A stretch of DNA of 64,000 nucleotides from a bacterium (GTDB taxonomy: Bacteria > UBA8248): the NCBI GenBank assembly GCA_965204535.1, contig CBDBEV010000001.1:2272001-2336000 (forward strand), in the 5' to 3' direction. The position numbers and the translations under genes were made by a program. The notes beneath the pieces were generated by a model. It searched no databases. It had not been told where the DNA came from and was given only the letters and a program-made list of their open reading frames with translations. This document shows positions 39,129 through 48,633 of the stretch, one piece after another; positions within the stretch are counted from its first letter, which is position 1, and every line of letters starts with the position of its first letter.

Positions 39129-39515
39129 CTAGCCGGGGCGCAGGACGCTCCTGGCCTTCTCCCCTTCGGGCGTCACGGCGAGCACCTCGAGACTCGGCCG
39201 CGCGGGCGACCTCGTGAGCAGGAGCTCCACGGGCTCGTCGAGCGCCATGATCTCGTGCACCTCGCCGGGGCGGAACTGCACCAGATCGCCGGGCGCGGCT
39301 TCCAGTATCTCCCCCTCCACGGCCAACCGCAGCCCGCCCTTCAAGAGATAAAGGAACTGCTCGTCATGGTGGTAATGGGGGTTGGAGTGGCCCCCCGCCT
39401 CCATGCGGAAATAACCGATGGTGGTATGGGCGCCGTCGACCCAGGCGGCGTCTGCGGTGACGTAGTCGGCGGCTTTCCCCTGGTTCTGCGCGGCGAGATT
39501 TCTGTAGATCGGCAT
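39129..39515 (-). CDS. Cupin-domain protein
   Basis: HYHHDEQFLYLLKG and PGDLVQFRPGEVH cupin motifs; AGGAG RBS. Confidence 0.85.
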   Translation of the reverse strand: MPIYRNLAAQNQGKAADYVTADAAWVDGAHTTIGYFRMEAGGHSNPHYHHDEQFLYLLKGGLRLAVEGEILEAAPGDLVQFRPGEVHEIMALDEPVELLLTRSPARPSLEVLAVTPEGEKARSVLRPG

Positions 39516-39666
39516 GGAATAAACTCCTGTAGTTGAGGCGTTTACGGAAGATGGAGCGTCAGACGCATTCTAACGGCACCGACTCGCAATCTGTCCAGCG
39601 CCCATGTATATTTGAGCGGCATGAGGAGCGCATCCCTCACTTCACAAAGTAATTCGGAGGCATTTC

Positions 39667-40701
39667 GTGAGCGTCCAGCCCGTGGATGAGTTCGAGTATT
39701 TCTTCGACAAGCCCTGGTCGGACGGCCTGCCGGTCATCCCCCCGACGGAAGAGCGCCTGGGCCTCATGCTGGCGGGAACGAGGCGCGACCCGGACGAAGT
39801 CCTGGGCGACGTGCCCCCGCTTCTGGCGCAGGCGGACGTTCGGACGGTCGCCGCTCATGCCGTCATGGCCGGGTGCAAGCCGGCGTATATGCCCGTCCTC
39901 ATCGGGGCCGTGGAGGCGATTCTGGAGGAAAAGTTCAACGTGGGCGGCGTGCAGGCGACGCTCTCCTGCGCGGCGCCTCTGCTGATCGTGAACGGCCCTT
40001 ACGCGGGGGAAATCGGCTTACACGGCGGGCTCGGCTGTTTCGGCCCCGGGAACCGCGCCAACGCGACGATCGGGCGCGCCATCAGGCTTTTGCTCCTGAA
40101 CATCGGCGGCGGAATACCGGGCATCACCTCGATGAGCACGTTCTCTCAGCCGGGGCGGTTCACGTACTGCATCGCCGAGAATGAAGCGGAAAGCCCCTGG
40201 GAGTCTCTCGCGCAGACGCAGGGTTTCGATGCGGGGGAGGATGTCGTCACCGCCGTGCACGTGGAAGGCCCCGTCATGTCCTGGGACGACGTGAGCGACG
40301 ACCCCGAGCGCATGCTCCCCTCCATCGCGGACACCATGTCGCATCTGGGTTCGTGGAATTGCTGGGCCAGCACGGATCTCGTGGTGGCGATGAGTCCGCA
40401 GCAGGCCGCGATTTGCGCCAAAAAGGGGTATTCAAAGGCGGATGTCCATGGGCGGCTTTGCGAAATCGCAGGCCGCACGGTGGGCGAACTCAAGACGGGG
40501 GGTCATTACCGGGAGAACCGCATCAGAGACTTCCCGTTCCCCGTCAATCTGGATGATGACGATGCGTTCGTTCCGACGATCAAAGAGGCCCGAAGACTGC
40601 TCCTGATCGTGGCGGGCGGGGTTCCGGGGCCGATTACGGCCGTGATGCACGGCTGGAACGGGAGCAGCCGTTCGGTATCGCGCGGGTTTGAATCGTCATA
40701 A
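39667..40701 (+). CDS. Uncharacterised 'WSDGLPV' family protein, paralog 1 (putative UGSC partner)
   Basis: GGAGG RBS; WSDGLPVIPPTEER, AVMAGCKP, NGPY and GCFGPGNRANATIGRA motifs shared with the three downstream paralogs. Confidence 0.8.
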   Translation: MSVQPVDEFEYFFDKPWSDGLPVIPPTEERLGLMLAGTRRDPDEVLGDVPPLLAQADVRTVAAHAVMAGCKPAYMPVLIGAVEAILEEKFNVGGVQATLSCAAPLLIVNGPYAGEIGLHGGLGCFGPGNRANATIGRAIRLLLLNIGGGIPGITSMSTFSQPGRFTYCIAENEAESPWESLAQTQGFDAGEDVVTAVHVEGPVMSWDDVSDDPERMLPSIADTMSHLGSWNCWASTDLVVAMSPQQAAICAKKGYSKADVHGRLCEIAGRTVGELKTGGHYRENRIRDFPFPVNLDDDDAFVPTIKEARRLLLIVAGGVPGPITAVMHGWNGSSRSVSRGFESS

Positions 40702-40729
40702 GACCCATATATCGTCATAAGACCCATAT
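40692..40729 (+). repeat. 19-bp tandem direct repeat
   Basis: ATCGTCATAAGACCCATAT twice, spanning the stop codon of paralog 1. Confidence 0.9.
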
Positions 40730-40743
40730 ATAGCAAGGGGTGA

Positions 40744-41778
40744 ATGGTTGTGAACGACCCTCAAGATGAATTCGAGTTTTTCCTGGAAAAACCCTGGTCG
40801 GACGGCCTGCCCGTCGTCACCCCGACCGAAGAGCGCATCGAGCGCATGCTCTCGGGCACGAAGAGAAGCCCTGCCGAGGTCATCGGCAGCGTTCCTCCCG
40901 CCATGGGGGAGGCCACGGTCCACAGCGTGGCGGTGCATGCGGTCATGGCCGGGTGCAAGCCGGAATACCTGCCGGTCGTACTCGGCGCCGCCTCCCTCAT
41001 GCTTCGCGATGAATTCAACATGAACGGCGTGCAGGGCACGATGCACGGCGTGGCGCCCCTGATGATCGTGAACGGCCCGTATTCCGGGGAAATCGGCATT
41101 CACGGGGGCAATGGCTGTTTTGGCCCCGGCTTCAGGGCCAACGCCTCCATCGGCCGCGCGATACGCCTGATTCTGATGAACCTGGGCGGGGGCATCCCGG
41201 GCGTTTCTTCCATGACGATTTTCGGCACGCCGCTGCGCTATACCGCGTGCGTCACGGAGAACCTCCAGTTTCACCCCTGGGAGACGCTCGCTGAATCGAG
41301 AGGATACGGGGCGGAGGAGAACGTGATCACCATGGCCATGGTGGAAAGCCCGCGCCTGACCTTCGATGACGTCAGCGAGGAGCCCGAGAGGCTGCTCCGG
41401 GGAATCGCCGATGCGATGACGGGTCTGGGTTCCTGGAACATGCACGCGCCCAGAACCGACATGGTCGTCGCCATGAATCCCCAGCATGCGAAGATTTGCT
41501 CCGAGGGCGGCCTTGCGCGCGCGGACGTGCACCGGCGGCTGTGTGAATTGGCCGGCCACAAGGTGAAGGACCTGAAACAAGGCGGAAACTGGCGTCGTGA
41601 GCGCGCGCTGGCGATGTATATCCACACGGATCCGGATGATGATGAATTTTTCGTTCCCGTCATCAAGGATCCCCGTGACCTCCATTTGATCGTCGCGGGC
41701 GGCTGGGGGTCGGGCAGTGCGGTCTGTCATGGATGGAGCGGCGGCAGCCGCGCCGTTCATGGCGTGTATGAAGTGTAA
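40744..41778 (+). CDS. Uncharacterised 'WSDGLPV' family protein, paralog 2
   Basis: Same motifs as paralog 1; variable segment GVQGTMHG. Confidence 0.8.
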   Translation: MVVNDPQDEFEFFLEKPWSDGLPVVTPTEERIERMLSGTKRSPAEVIGSVPPAMGEATVHSVAVHAVMAGCKPEYLPVVLGAASLMLRDEFNMNGVQGTMHGVAPLMIVNGPYSGEIGIHGGNGCFGPGFRANASIGRAIRLILMNLGGGIPGVSSMTIFGTPLRYTACVTENLQFHPWETLAESRGYGAEENVITMAMVESPRLTFDDVSEEPERLLRGIADAMTGLGSWNMHAPRTDMVVAMNPQHAKICSEGGLARADVHRRLCELAGHKVKDLKQGGNWRRERALAMYIHTDPDDDEFFVPVIKDPRDLHLIVAGGWGSGSAVCHGWSGGSRAVHGVYEV

Positions 41779-41819
41779 TGCCGGATTTCCCGCATTCCGT
41801 CTGGTAAAGTCATTTTCCA

Positions 41820-42836
41820 ATGGATGAATTCGAGTTTTTCTTTCAAAAACCCTGGTCGGACGGCCTGCCGGTAATTCCCCCTACAGAAGAACGAATGGCC
41901 GCCATGCTTTCGGGTACCAGACTTGAAGCCTCGGAAATCATCGGTTTGGTGCCGCCCCTCATGGGGGAGGCCGGCGTGGAGGCGATTGCCGCGCACGCCG
42001 TGATGGCGGGGTGTGAACCTTCGTTTTTGCCCCTTGTTATTGCAGGGCTTAGAGCGCTTCTTGCGCCGAAACTCAACTTGAACGGCGTACAGGGCACCAT
42101 GCACAGCGCGGCCCCTTTGATCATCGTGAATGGGCCGTATGCGAAAAAAATCGGCCTGCACGGCGGCACAGGGTGCTTCGGGCCGGGTTTTCGGGCGAAT
42201 GCGACGATTGGACGCGCCATCAGGCTAATACTCATGAACCTGGGCGGGGGTGTGCCGGTTTCCGCCTCGATGAGCACGTTCGGCTCGCCTGCCAGATATA
42301 CGTTTTGCATCGCCGAGAATGAAGCAGAAAGCCCCTGGGAGCCATTGTCCGTCACGAGGGGATTTCAGCAGGATGACGATGTCGTTACCGCCGTGATGAC
42401 CGAAGCGCCTCAAGGCTATATCGACGATTACTCAAAAGAGCCGGAATCTTTTTTCGTGGGTCTGGCGGATAAAATATCCACCTTGGGTTCGCTGAATATA
42501 TGGCTGAAAACCCAGGTAGTCGTTGCTTTGGGTCCCGATCATGCGCGCATGTGCGCGGACGCGGGTCTGGATAAAAAAGATGTTCATCAGAGAATTATGG
42601 AACTCGCGCGCAGGCCCTTGGGAGAGTTAAAAAAATCGGGTTATTGGCGTGAGGAGATGATAGCCAAGTGGCCATTTGACGTGGACCTGCAAGATGATTC
42701 GTATCTGGTTCCGGCGATTAAGGATGAGGACGATCTGATTCTTCTCGTCGCAGGGGGTACGCCCGGCCCGGTGACTGCCGTCATGCCCGGCTGGGTGGAT
42801 GGCAGTGAGGCGGTCTCGACGGATTATCAACCATAA
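41820..42836 (+). CDS. Uncharacterised 'WSDGLPV' family protein, paralog 3
   Basis: Same motifs as paralog 1; variable segment GVQGTMHS. Confidence 0.8.
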   Translation: MDEFEFFFQKPWSDGLPVIPPTEERMAAMLSGTRLEASEIIGLVPPLMGEAGVEAIAAHAVMAGCEPSFLPLVIAGLRALLAPKLNLNGVQGTMHSAAPLIIVNGPYAKKIGLHGGTGCFGPGFRANATIGRAIRLILMNLGGGVPVSASMSTFGSPARYTFCIAENEAESPWEPLSVTRGFQQDDDVVTAVMTEAPQGYIDDYSKEPESFFVGLADKISTLGSLNIWLKTQVVVALGPDHARMCADAGLDKKDVHQRIMELARRPLGELKKSGYWREEMIAKWPFDVDLQDDSYLVPAIKDEDDLILLVAGGTPGPVTAVMPGWVDGSEAVSTDYQP

Positions 42837-42871
42837 GTCTTTCTGTCGGCTTTGCTTGTGAGGATAAGCGC

Positions 42872-43891
42872 ATGGATGAGTTTGAGTTTTTCTTTGATAA
42901 AGAATGGTCGGACGGCCTGCCTGTCGTGACGCCCACGGAAGAGAGAATGGGCTTGATGCTCACAGGAACGACCAGGGAACCGGGCGAAGTGCTTGGCCAA
43001 GTGGCTCCGGCGGGCGGGGACCTCAGCATTCAAAGCGTGGCGGCCCATGCCGTGATGGCGGGTTGTAAGCCCGAATATATGCCGGTTTTGATAGCTGGGC
43101 TGGAGGCGCTTCTCGATGAGCGTTTCAACGTGAATCTGATTCAGGCCACAACGAGCGCGGGCGCTCCTTTTTTGTTGGTCAATGGCCCTTACGCCAGGGA
43201 AATCGGGCTGCACGGCGGTGTGGGCTGTATGGGTCCCGGTTTTCGCGCGAATTTGACCATTGGCCGCGCCGTGAGGCTCATCATGATGAACGTGGGCGGT
43301 GGTATTCCCGGAATCACATGTCTCGGCGGTTTTGGCGGTCCCTGGCGAAATACTTATTGCATCGTGGAGAACGAGGAGGAATCACCCTGGGAGTCGTATG
43401 CGGAGTCCAAAGGGTTTTCAAAAAGCGATAACGTGGTGACCATGATTCCTCTCGAAGGCCCAGTCCAGGTATGGGACGATGCGAGCCTCACCCCTGACCG
43501 GCTTCTTACGACGGTGGCCGATATGATGTCCGCCTTGGGTGGGCCCAATATGTATCGCCAAGCGGATATGGCGGTTGTCCTGGGCGCGCAGCATGCGCAT
43601 CTGTGCGCCGACGCCGGGCTGACCCGCAGCGATGTGCATCAACAATTATTGGCAATGGGCGGACGCACCATCGGGGATATAAAGCGCGGCGGCATATGGC
43701 GGGGCGAGAAAGGCGCGGATCGATGGCCGTTTCCCGTGGATGTGCATGATGATGATTTTTTCGTGCCCGCCGTCGGAGATCCCGACGATCTTCATTTAAT
43801 CGTCGCGGGGAGCAGGGGTTCACCCTCCAGCATGGTCATGCACGGAATTACGGTGGCGTGTCGGACCGTGACAAAAAAATTTAACTTGTAA
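42872..43891 (+). CDS. Uncharacterised 'WSDGLPV' family protein, paralog 4
   Basis: Same motifs as paralog 1; variable segment LIQATTSA. Confidence 0.8.
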   Translation: MDEFEFFFDKEWSDGLPVVTPTEERMGLMLTGTTREPGEVLGQVAPAGGDLSIQSVAAHAVMAGCKPEYMPVLIAGLEALLDERFNVNLIQATTSAGAPFLLVNGPYAREIGLHGGVGCMGPGFRANLTIGRAVRLIMMNVGGGIPGITCLGGFGGPWRNTYCIVENEEESPWESYAESKGFSKSDNVVTMIPLEGPVQVWDDASLTPDRLLTTVADMMSALGGPNMYRQADMAVVLGAQHAHLCADAGLTRSDVHQQLLAMGGRTIGDIKRGGIWRGEKGADRWPFPVDVHDDDFFVPAVGDPDDLHLIVAGSRGSPSSMVMHGITVACRTVTKKFNL

Positions 43892-43998
43892 ATTTGTGTA
43901 GGAATGTGGACTGTAATGCCAGGATGGCGTGGCAGAAATAGCTGTGTTCCTTACTAAAAATCTTTGTGAAGCCAGAAATGTTTTGGTGTTTTCTAAAG

Positions 43999-44031
43999 AA
44001 AAAAGCCCCGGCATTTTGCCGGGGCTTTTTT
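43999..44031. terminator. Bidirectional intrinsic terminator
   Basis: AAAAAAGCCCCGGCA-TTT-TGCCGGGGCTTTTTT between convergent genes. Confidence 0.9.
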
Positions 44032-44048
44032 GTGTGATTGGTGTTCAG

Positions 44049-46310
44049 CTAATGGCCGTTGCTTTTTCCGTTTTTCTTCATGACCGCCCAGCAGACACGT
44101 TCGGGCGTGATGGGCAGGTCGTAGACTTCCGTGCCTATCGCATCGTTTATGGCGAGGGCAACGGCGGCCGGCGCATTGTTGCATGGAGGCTCGCCGACGC
44201 CGCGTGCGCCATATGGCCCCGCGCCCTCTCCACATTCGAGAACAACAGACTCAAACTCGCCAATATCCGATGAAGTGGGGATCAAATACTCGTGAAAGCT
44301 TTGTGATCGACAGTCCCCTTCCACCATGGTGATTTCCTCGTGGAGCGCATATCCGATCCCCATCACCGCGCCGCCTTCAAATTGTCCCTCCACGCTTTGA
44401 GGGTTCAACGCTCGCCCCACGTCATGGGAAGCGACGTGCTTCAAAAGGTTCACTTCACCTGTTTCGATGTCGACTTCCACTTCGCTTGCATGAACACCGA
44501 ATGTGTAGTCCGACCATCCGCCCATGCCGTTCATGTATCGCTCCGGATTTTCATATTCATGTCCTGGCATGTTGTAACCATGCGTGCAATGCAGTGCCTC
44601 ACCCATTTTTTTGGCTTCGCCAGCTGCAGCACCGATGCCAACTCTTCTCTCGGGAGCGGAGGCCACCCATGCCTCCCCGCTTCCCACGCGAATATCCTCT
44701 TCAGCAGCCTCGAGCAACGAAGCGGCGCCTTTGGTCACGGCTTTCCGAACCTCATCTGCGGCAAGTCGAACGGCGTGCCCCGCCATGAGTGTTTGACGGG
44801 AGCCTGCCGTGATTCCTGAGAGCGGTGTTGTGGCGGAATCTGATAGACGGGTGGATACCTGATCGAGCCTGAGCCCCAGGGTTTCAGCCGTGATGCTTTG
44901 AAGCGTAGCGCCCTGGCCGGCGCCTATGTCCGGCGCGCTCACGCGAACTACGGCGCTGCCGTCCGGCTCGAGGTGAACTGCCGCATTCGCGTCGTCATTC
45001 GGCCTTCCGTAGCCGGTGATGTTCGCCGCCGCCGCACGCCCAATGCGTTTCCCTGGGCCTGGTTCTGTGGGTTCGCCCAAGGCCTGAAGCGCACTGTCAA
45101 GGCATCCTTCCAGGTTCGGTTCATAAGGTATTTTCTGTCCGGTCGGCAGTTCCTGGTTTTTCTGGATGAAATTTTTGCGCCTGAATTCGTATTTATCCAT
45201 CCCGATGGCGTCTGCAACCAGGTTCATTTGGGTCTCATATGCGAAGCAAACCTGGTTCGACCCCACACCACGCATCGCGTTGGTGATGGGATTGTTGGTG
45301 AGATAGCCGTGCGCGCGTATTTTAGCGTTGGGCACATCGTAGGGGCCTGCAGCGATGCACATGGCGCCCAGGAGGAATAGATTGGATTTGTACGGATAGG
45401 CTCCAGCGTCACCCACGATATCCGCTTCTACGGCAAGAATTTTCCCGTCCTTGGTCGCTCCTGTTTTGTACCTCATATAGAAAGGATGTTTTTTCGAGGT
45501 GTTTCGGATGCCGTGCTCGCGGCCCAACACCATTATGGCCGGTCTTTGCGTATGCCAGGTGAGTAATGCCAGGTAAGGTTCCACGGTCAGCATGCCCTTG
45601 GCGCCGAATCCGCCGCCGACATATGTGCCGAGGTGGCGGACGCGGCTATGCGAGATTCCTAAAATCGCCGCAATGGCGCGATAGTATTCAATTAGCTGTG
45701 TGCCGACGCGGATGGTGATGACGCCGTCTTCCTCCATCCATGAAGTACCGGAAGCGGGTTCCAGGAAGGCGTGTTCAGCGAGTTGCGTGGTATATGTTTT
45801 CTCAATCACCACGTCGGCTTCGTCAAACGCTCTTTTTATGTCTCCACGTGTAGCTTCAAAGTCACACGCTTGTCGCTTCTCGGCGTTAGTTTCATCGTGA
45901 CGCGTTGTCCACACGCCCTCTTCCGACTCGATTTCCAATTCGATCGCAGCTATCGCGGCATCAAGCGCTTCTCTGTTTTCGGCGCCTACGATGGCGAGGG
46001 CATCTCCAGTAAATTCGATCTTATCTTCCACCAGCACCGGCTGATGGGGCAGGCCCGGCGTCCCGGAGCCGAATCGCGCGTTTGTGCCTGGAATGTCCTT
46101 TGCGGTCAGAATGGCGGCTACGCCTGGAATTTTTTCGGCTTTAGAAGTGTCGAGTTTTTTGAGGCGGCCTACGGGGACGGGCGTAAACAAGACGCCGCAC
46201 TGCAAAGCGCCTGCGGGGATCGCGTCTTCTCCGTAGGGCATAGAGCCATCTGCTTTCGGAATGGCGTCGTATCGAACATTCGACTTGCCGATGATATCGT
46301 AATCGGCCAT
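44049..46310 (-). CDS. Xanthine dehydrogenase family molybdopterin-binding large subunit
   Basis: EHAFLEP, VGGGFGAK, DAGAY, AMRGVG, DIGAGQ, DVGRALNP and GARGVGEPP motifs; AAGGAG RBS before ATG 46310. Confidence 0.92.
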   Translation of the reverse strand: MADYDIIGKSNVRYDAIPKADGSMPYGEDAIPAGALQCGVLFTPVPVGRLKKLDTSKAEKIPGVAAILTAKDIPGTNARFGSGTPGLPHQPVLVEDKIEFTGDALAIVGAENREALDAAIAAIELEIESEEGVWTTRHDETNAEKRQACDFEATRGDIKRAFDEADVVIEKTYTTQLAEHAFLEPASGTSWMEEDGVITIRVGTQLIEYYRAIAAILGISHSRVRHLGTYVGGGFGAKGMLTVEPYLALLTWHTQRPAIMVLGREHGIRNTSKKHPFYMRYKTGATKDGKILAVEADIVGDAGAYPYKSNLFLLGAMCIAAGPYDVPNAKIRAHGYLTNNPITNAMRGVGSNQVCFAYETQMNLVADAIGMDKYEFRRKNFIQKNQELPTGQKIPYEPNLEGCLDSALQALGEPTEPGPGKRIGRAAAANITGYGRPNDDANAAVHLEPDGSAVVRVSAPDIGAGQGATLQSITAETLGLRLDQVSTRLSDSATTPLSGITAGSRQTLMAGHAVRLAADEVRKAVTKGAASLLEAAEEDIRVGSGEAWVASAPERRVGIGAAAGEAKKMGEALHCTHGYNMPGHEYENPERYMNGMGGWSDYTFGVHASEVEVDIETGEVNLLKHVASHDVGRALNPQSVEGQFEGGAVMGIGYALHEEITMVEGDCRSQSFHEYLIPTSSDIGEFESVVLECGEGAGPYGARGVGEPPCNNAPAAVALAINDAIGTEVYDLPITPERVCWAVMKKNGKSNGH

Positions 46311-46504
46311 TTGTCTGCTCCTTAAGGTAAGAGGTTTTCCGTAAATTAGACTTGATTTTGCCAAAATTCGGCGAATCTGAGAAGCGGAAAAAACATCATT
46401 CGCATTTTCATCGGGAAATCGAATGGGCTGATATCGTAGACAATGAATGAATTGCGGGATATGATTTAGTCTCGGTTGAGTTCACATATCATTTGGAGAA
46501 AACC

Positions 46505-47035
46505 ATGGCGAACGGAATGGGATTCATCGATCCGACGGCGGGAGGATCGGCCGCGCGAATCGAGCTTGCGCAACGGCCCGGCGATCTTTCGGGAAAGGTG
46601 GTGGGGCTCCTCGATAACACCAAGGAACAAGCGGATATCATTTTGGAAACCTTGGGCAATGCACTTCGTGAGCAATACGACGTGGCCAGAGTCATTTCGA
46701 GGCGAAAAGAGCATTACTCGAAGCCTGCCACGGATGAAATGATCGAAGAAATGGCCCAAGAGGTGGATGTGGCGATAGCCGCATTGGGAGGCTGAGGCTC
46801 CTGCACGTTGTGCAGTGTGCACGACACGGTTGAATTTGAAAAACGGGGCATTCCTTCAACGACCATCATCACCGAAGCCTTCAAGAACGCGGCGGACTTT
46901 CAATTCCGTGGCAAGGGCATGGAAGGGCACCCTTATATTGAGTTGCCTCACCCGGTTAGCAATCTACAGCCTGATGAAATGAGAGACACGACGCTCAAGT
47001 TTGTTGAAGAAGTGGCCAGCCATCTGAAAAGCTGA
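46505..47035 (+). CDS. UGSC-motif selenoprotein (Sec encoded by TGA 46793-46795), 176 aa
   Basis: ORFs 46493-46795 and 46808-47035 are in the same frame. Read-through gives AIAALGG-U-GSCTLCSVHDTVEFEKRGIP (UxxC), and a SECIS-like hairpin follows. Confidence 0.88.
46796..46830 (+). promoter_or_regulatory. Putative bacterial SECIS element (UGSC gene)
   Basis: Stem GTTGTGC (46807-46813) / GCACGAC (46819-46825), loop AGTGT, separated from the UGA by 11 nt. A competing hairpin CTGCAC-GTT-GTGCAG is possible. Confidence 0.55.
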
Positions 47036-47074
47036 TTCGAATTGAGTTGAAAAGATATTTCCCAGGAGGGACAC

Positions 47075-47857
47075 GTGCGCGAGTTTGAAACATTATCCTA
47101 TACGGAAGAAGGTGGATTGGCGGTAGTGAAGTTCAACCGTCCGGAGAGTCTGAACGCAATCAGCTTCAAGATGGCGGAAGAATTCGTGGAATTAACGCGA
47201 ACTTTGGCCGACGCGCAAAATGTTCGCGTTGTGATACTCACCGGCGAGGGACGTGGTTTCAGCACGGGCCGCGACCTGAAAGAAAGCACTACGCATACGA
47301 AGGAGATGGCCGATCAATATCAGCGCTACGTGATGGTGGCGACATCGTTATGGGAACGCTTGCCCATGCCCACCATCGCCGCCATCAATGGTCATACGTT
47401 CGGCTGGGGTGTGGAAATTACCTTGGTATGCGATATCAGACTGGCTGCGGAAGAAGCCACTCTTTGTTTTCCGGAATGCAGTTTGGGTATTTTCCCCGGA
47501 GCCGGCGGCGTGGTCTGGCTTCAAAGGGTCATGCCGGCCGGTCAGGCGAAAGAATTGGTTTACACGAGCAAGCGAATCGATGGCAAGGAGGCCGAGCGCA
47601 TCGGTTTGGTGAACAAAGCGCATCCGCTGGATGTGTTGATGGGTGAAGCCACTTCCATCGCGGAGAGGATCAGAGACAATGGCCCCTTGGGTGTTCGTGG
47701 CGCGAAAAAAGTGATCGATCAGACGCTCGATATGCCGCTCGCTCAGGCTATCGAATTTTCGAACGCCCACAGGTTGCCGTTGAATCACACCAAGGATTTC
47801 GCGGAGGCGCTGCAGGCGTTCAAAGAGAAGAGGAAACCTGTTTTTACCGGAGAATAA
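47075..47857 (+). CDS. Enoyl-CoA hydratase/isomerase (crotonase) family protein
   Basis: AGGAGG RBS with GTG start; NRPESLNA, FSTGRDL, GWGVE, PECSLGIFPG and FKEKRKPVFTG motifs. Confidence 0.92.
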   Translation: MREFETLSYTEEGGLAVVKFNRPESLNAISFKMAEEFVELTRTLADAQNVRVVILTGEGRGFSTGRDLKESTTHTKEMADQYQRYVMVATSLWERLPMPTIAAINGHTFGWGVEITLVCDIRLAAEEATLCFPECSLGIFPGAGGVVWLQRVMPAGQAKELVYTSKRIDGKEAERIGLVNKAHPLDVLMGEATSIAERIRDNGPLGVRGAKKVIDQTLDMPLAQAIEFSNAHRLPLNHTKDFAEALQAFKEKRKPVFTGE

Positions 47858-47885
47858 AAAGGCGCCTAATCTTACTTGTAGTATC

Positions 47886-47914
47886 AAGCCTGTCCCTTAG
47901 GGGACAGGCTTTTT
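47886..47914 (+). terminator. Intrinsic terminator
   Basis: AAGCCTGTCCC-TTAG-GGGACAGGCTTTTT. Confidence 0.8.
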
Positions 47915-47931
47915 GTTCATTGTGACTAAAT

Positions 47932-48633
47932 ATGAATAGTGACTTCCTTCACATGCATAGCGAATCTCATATCGCGATTATCACCGTGAATCGGCCGGAA
48001 GCGCGAAATGCGTTCAACACATCACTCATGGAAGCCATGTGCAGGGAGATGGATGAAATTCAAAAGATGTCAGATATTAGAGTGCTTATCGTGACTGGGG
48101 CGGGAAGTTCTTTTTCTGCAGGGCGCGATCTGAAGGAAAGCGCCACCCATACGGCAGAACAAGCGAAGCGATTCATGATGTTGGGCGAGAGGTGGAGTAC
48201 GGCACTTCGTGAACTGCCCATCCCGACCATAGCAGCGGTAAACGGACCCGCTTTCGGATGGGGGATGGTGTTGATGCTCTCATGTGATATTCGTGTTGTG
48301 GTGGATGACGCTGTTTTGGGATATCCGGAGACTGCGTTGGGAGTATTTCCGGGAGGAGACGCCACAGTTCGCCTGACGCGGCAGATTTTTGTTCCTTCTG
48401 CAAAAGATTTGGTGCTCACTGGCAGAAGATTTGATGCACAAGAGGGGTATCGCTTAGGATTGGCGAACCGCGTCACATCGAAAAAAGACCTGCTGAGAGA
48501 AACAAGCGCTATGGCCGATGAAATCGCTCAACACCCGCTGGAGAGATTAAAGGCGATGAAATCTGCGTTTTTAAAAATTGAAGCGATGCCGCGATTCGGG
48601 CATTTGTCGGCGGCTCGGAAAATCGATCGATGA
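47932..48633 (+). CDS. Crotonase family protein, second paralog (only one canonical Glu)
   Basis: NRPEARNA, FSAGRDL, GWGMV (first Glu absent) and PETALGVFPG. Confidence 0.85.
   Translation: MNSDFLHMHSESHIAIITVNRPEARNAFNTSLMEAMCREMDEIQKMSDIRVLIVTGAGSSFSAGRDLKESATHTAEQAKRFMMLGERWSTALRELPIPTIAAVNGPAFGWGMVLMLSCDIRVVVDDAVLGYPETALGVFPGGDATVRLTRQIFVPSAKDLVLTGRRFDAQEGYRLGLANRVTSKKDLLRETSAMADEIAQHPLERLKAMKSAFLKIEAMPRFGHLSAARKIDR

Noticed and set aside
46808-47035. Independent 75-aa gene
   Set aside because: Better explained as the C-terminal half of the UGSC selenoprotein: same frame and no RBS.
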